Assembly: GCA_024542975.1 (NCBI GenBank)
Contig: JAMXCZ010000003.1
Location: forward strand, 1 to 57,817
Direction of reading: 5' to 3'
Origin: Candidatus Omnitrophota bacterium
GTDB lineage: Bacteria > Omnitrophota > Gorgyraeia > JABMRN01 > RBG-13-46-9
Length of the DNA: 57,817 nucleotides
In this document: positions 56,734 to 57,817 of the stretch, in pieces
Layout: each line of letters begins with the position of its first letter
Position numbering within the stretch: position 1 is the stretch's first letter
Position numbers and translations under genes: made by a program
The notes under the pieces: generated by a model
Database searches by the model: none
Seen by the model: the letters and a program-made list of their open reading frames with translations, nothing else
Told to the model about the DNA's origin: nothing

Positions 56734-57804
56734 ATGATTAAGTTTGACAAGATTTTACTTTTTGCGGTTCTCGCGATACTTATCATAGGGCTGTTCGCGC
56801 TCTATAGCGCATCAATACGGTATTATTCGCAGACGATTATTTTGCGTCAGGTAACGTGGATGCTTGTCGGTGTTGCTTTTATGGCGGTATCGTTGCGGCT
56901 AGACTATCAGAAAATATTGAATGCCTCCTATGTTTTATATGCCGTAAATATCCTTCTTCTTATTTTTGTATTGTTTTTCGGCAGGTCCAGGGGCGGCGCA
57001 CAGCGTTGGATAGGCATCGGCCCGATCAGCATACAACCTTCAGAAATGGCAAAAATAACATTTATTCTGGCGCTCTCCTCGTATATCGGTTCAAGAAAAA
57101 ATGAAGTTACCAAAATAAGCTTTTTTTTACGAGTTTTATGTTTTGCCTTGCCCGTATTTTTGCTGATTCTCATCGAGCCGGATCTGGGGACGGCACTTCT
57201 CATTATACCCATTACCCTCATCATGCTTTATGTGGCCGGCGCCAGGGCAGGCCACCTTTTCGGTGTTATTTTACTTGGCATAGGTGCGCTTCCGGTTTTC
57301 TGGCAATTCCTGAAAGAGTACCAGAAGCAAAGGCTTTTCGTTTTCATCAACCCGAATATCGACCCTCTCGGATCCGGTTATACGATTATTCAGTCAAAAA
57401 TAGCCGTCGGCTCAGGGGGTATCTTCGGAAAAGGGTGGCTTGGTGGAACCCAGAACCAGCTGAATTTCCTGCCCGAGCGGCACACAGATTTTATATTTTC
57501 GGTAATTGGCGAAGAATGGGGGTTCATAGGCGCGCTAGTTCTTATTTCATTGTATGCCCTGATCGTGATGAGGGGGCTAAAAATCATCGATAGAACCCCG
57601 GATCTAAGCGGAAAACTGATGGCCACAGGCTTCATAGCGCTTTTTGCCATCCAGGCCGTAATCAACATAGGCATGACAATAGGATTCCTGCCCATCGTAG
57701 GCTTAACCTTACCTCTAATAAGCTATGGCGGCTCAAGCCTGGTCGCCACCCTGATCACAATGGGCCTCCTACTAAACATAGGCATGCGCCGCTCCCTGTT
57801 CTGA
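56734..57804 (+). CDS. rodA: SEDS polymerase RodA
   Basis: GAQRW, QPSE, PDLGT, LPERHTDF and SYGGSS motifs. Confidence 0.95.
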   Translation: MIKFDKILLFAVLAILIIGLFALYSASIRYYSQTIILRQVTWMLVGVAFMAVSLRLDYQKILNASYVLYAVNILLLIFVLFFGRSRGGAQRWIGIGPISIQPSEMAKITFILALSSYIGSRKNEVTKISFFLRVLCFALPVFLLILIEPDLGTALLIIPITLIMLYVAGARAGHLFGVILLGIGALPVFWQFLKEYQKQRLFVFINPNIDPLGSGYTIIQSKIAVGSGGIFGKGWLGGTQNQLNFLPERHTDFIFSVIGEEWGFIGALVLISLYALIVMRGLKIIDRTPDLSGKLMATGFIALFAIQAVINIGMTIGFLPIVGLTLPLISYGGSSLVATLITMGLLLNIGMRRSLF

Positions 57805-57817
57805 GTAGAACAAGGAG

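Noticed and set aside
24360-57695. Numerous minus-strand and alternate-frame ORFs overlapping core genes
   Set aside because: They are shadow frames of well-supported genes or of rnpB, with no motifs of their own.

Overview
The window has two parts. (1) Positions ~634-24223 are a ~23.5 kb, visibly AT-richer integrative element inserted in a tRNA(CAT) gene, probably tRNA-Ile2. The 5' 40 nt of the tRNA are duplicated at the left end (634-673), and the intact tRNA lies at the right end, directly after the tyrosine integrase. Cargo: a HEPN protein, a DUF5677-like protein, an HTH + m5C MTase + m6A MTase + REase-MTase fusion R-M locus, and a translationally coupled array of small membrane/secreted proteins with recurring junction motifs. 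Backbone: an XRE repressor switch, DnaB helicase, a lambda-O-like initiator with internal iterons, a dif-like Xer site, TerS, TerL, a second apparently catalytically dead TerL nuclease domain, Xis, a UG/Abi-class reverse transcriptase wedged between xis and int, and Int. No capsid, portal, tail or lysis gene is recognisable, so it looks like a phage-satellite-type element. (2) Positions ~24184-57804 are core chromosome: two tRNAs, a zinc-ribbon protein, RNase HI, rnpB, the dcw cluster (mraZ to ftsA), yggS-proC-yggT-mtnP-pfkB-ileS-dksA-like-lspA-lgt-rluD-aroA, and mreBCD-mrdA-rodA. ftsZ is missing after ftsA, and FtsA lacks much of the FtsZ-binding subdomain 2B. The host may be an Omnitrophota/PVC-related bacterium (impression only, not tested). 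All family calls come from motif recognition by eye; no searches were run.
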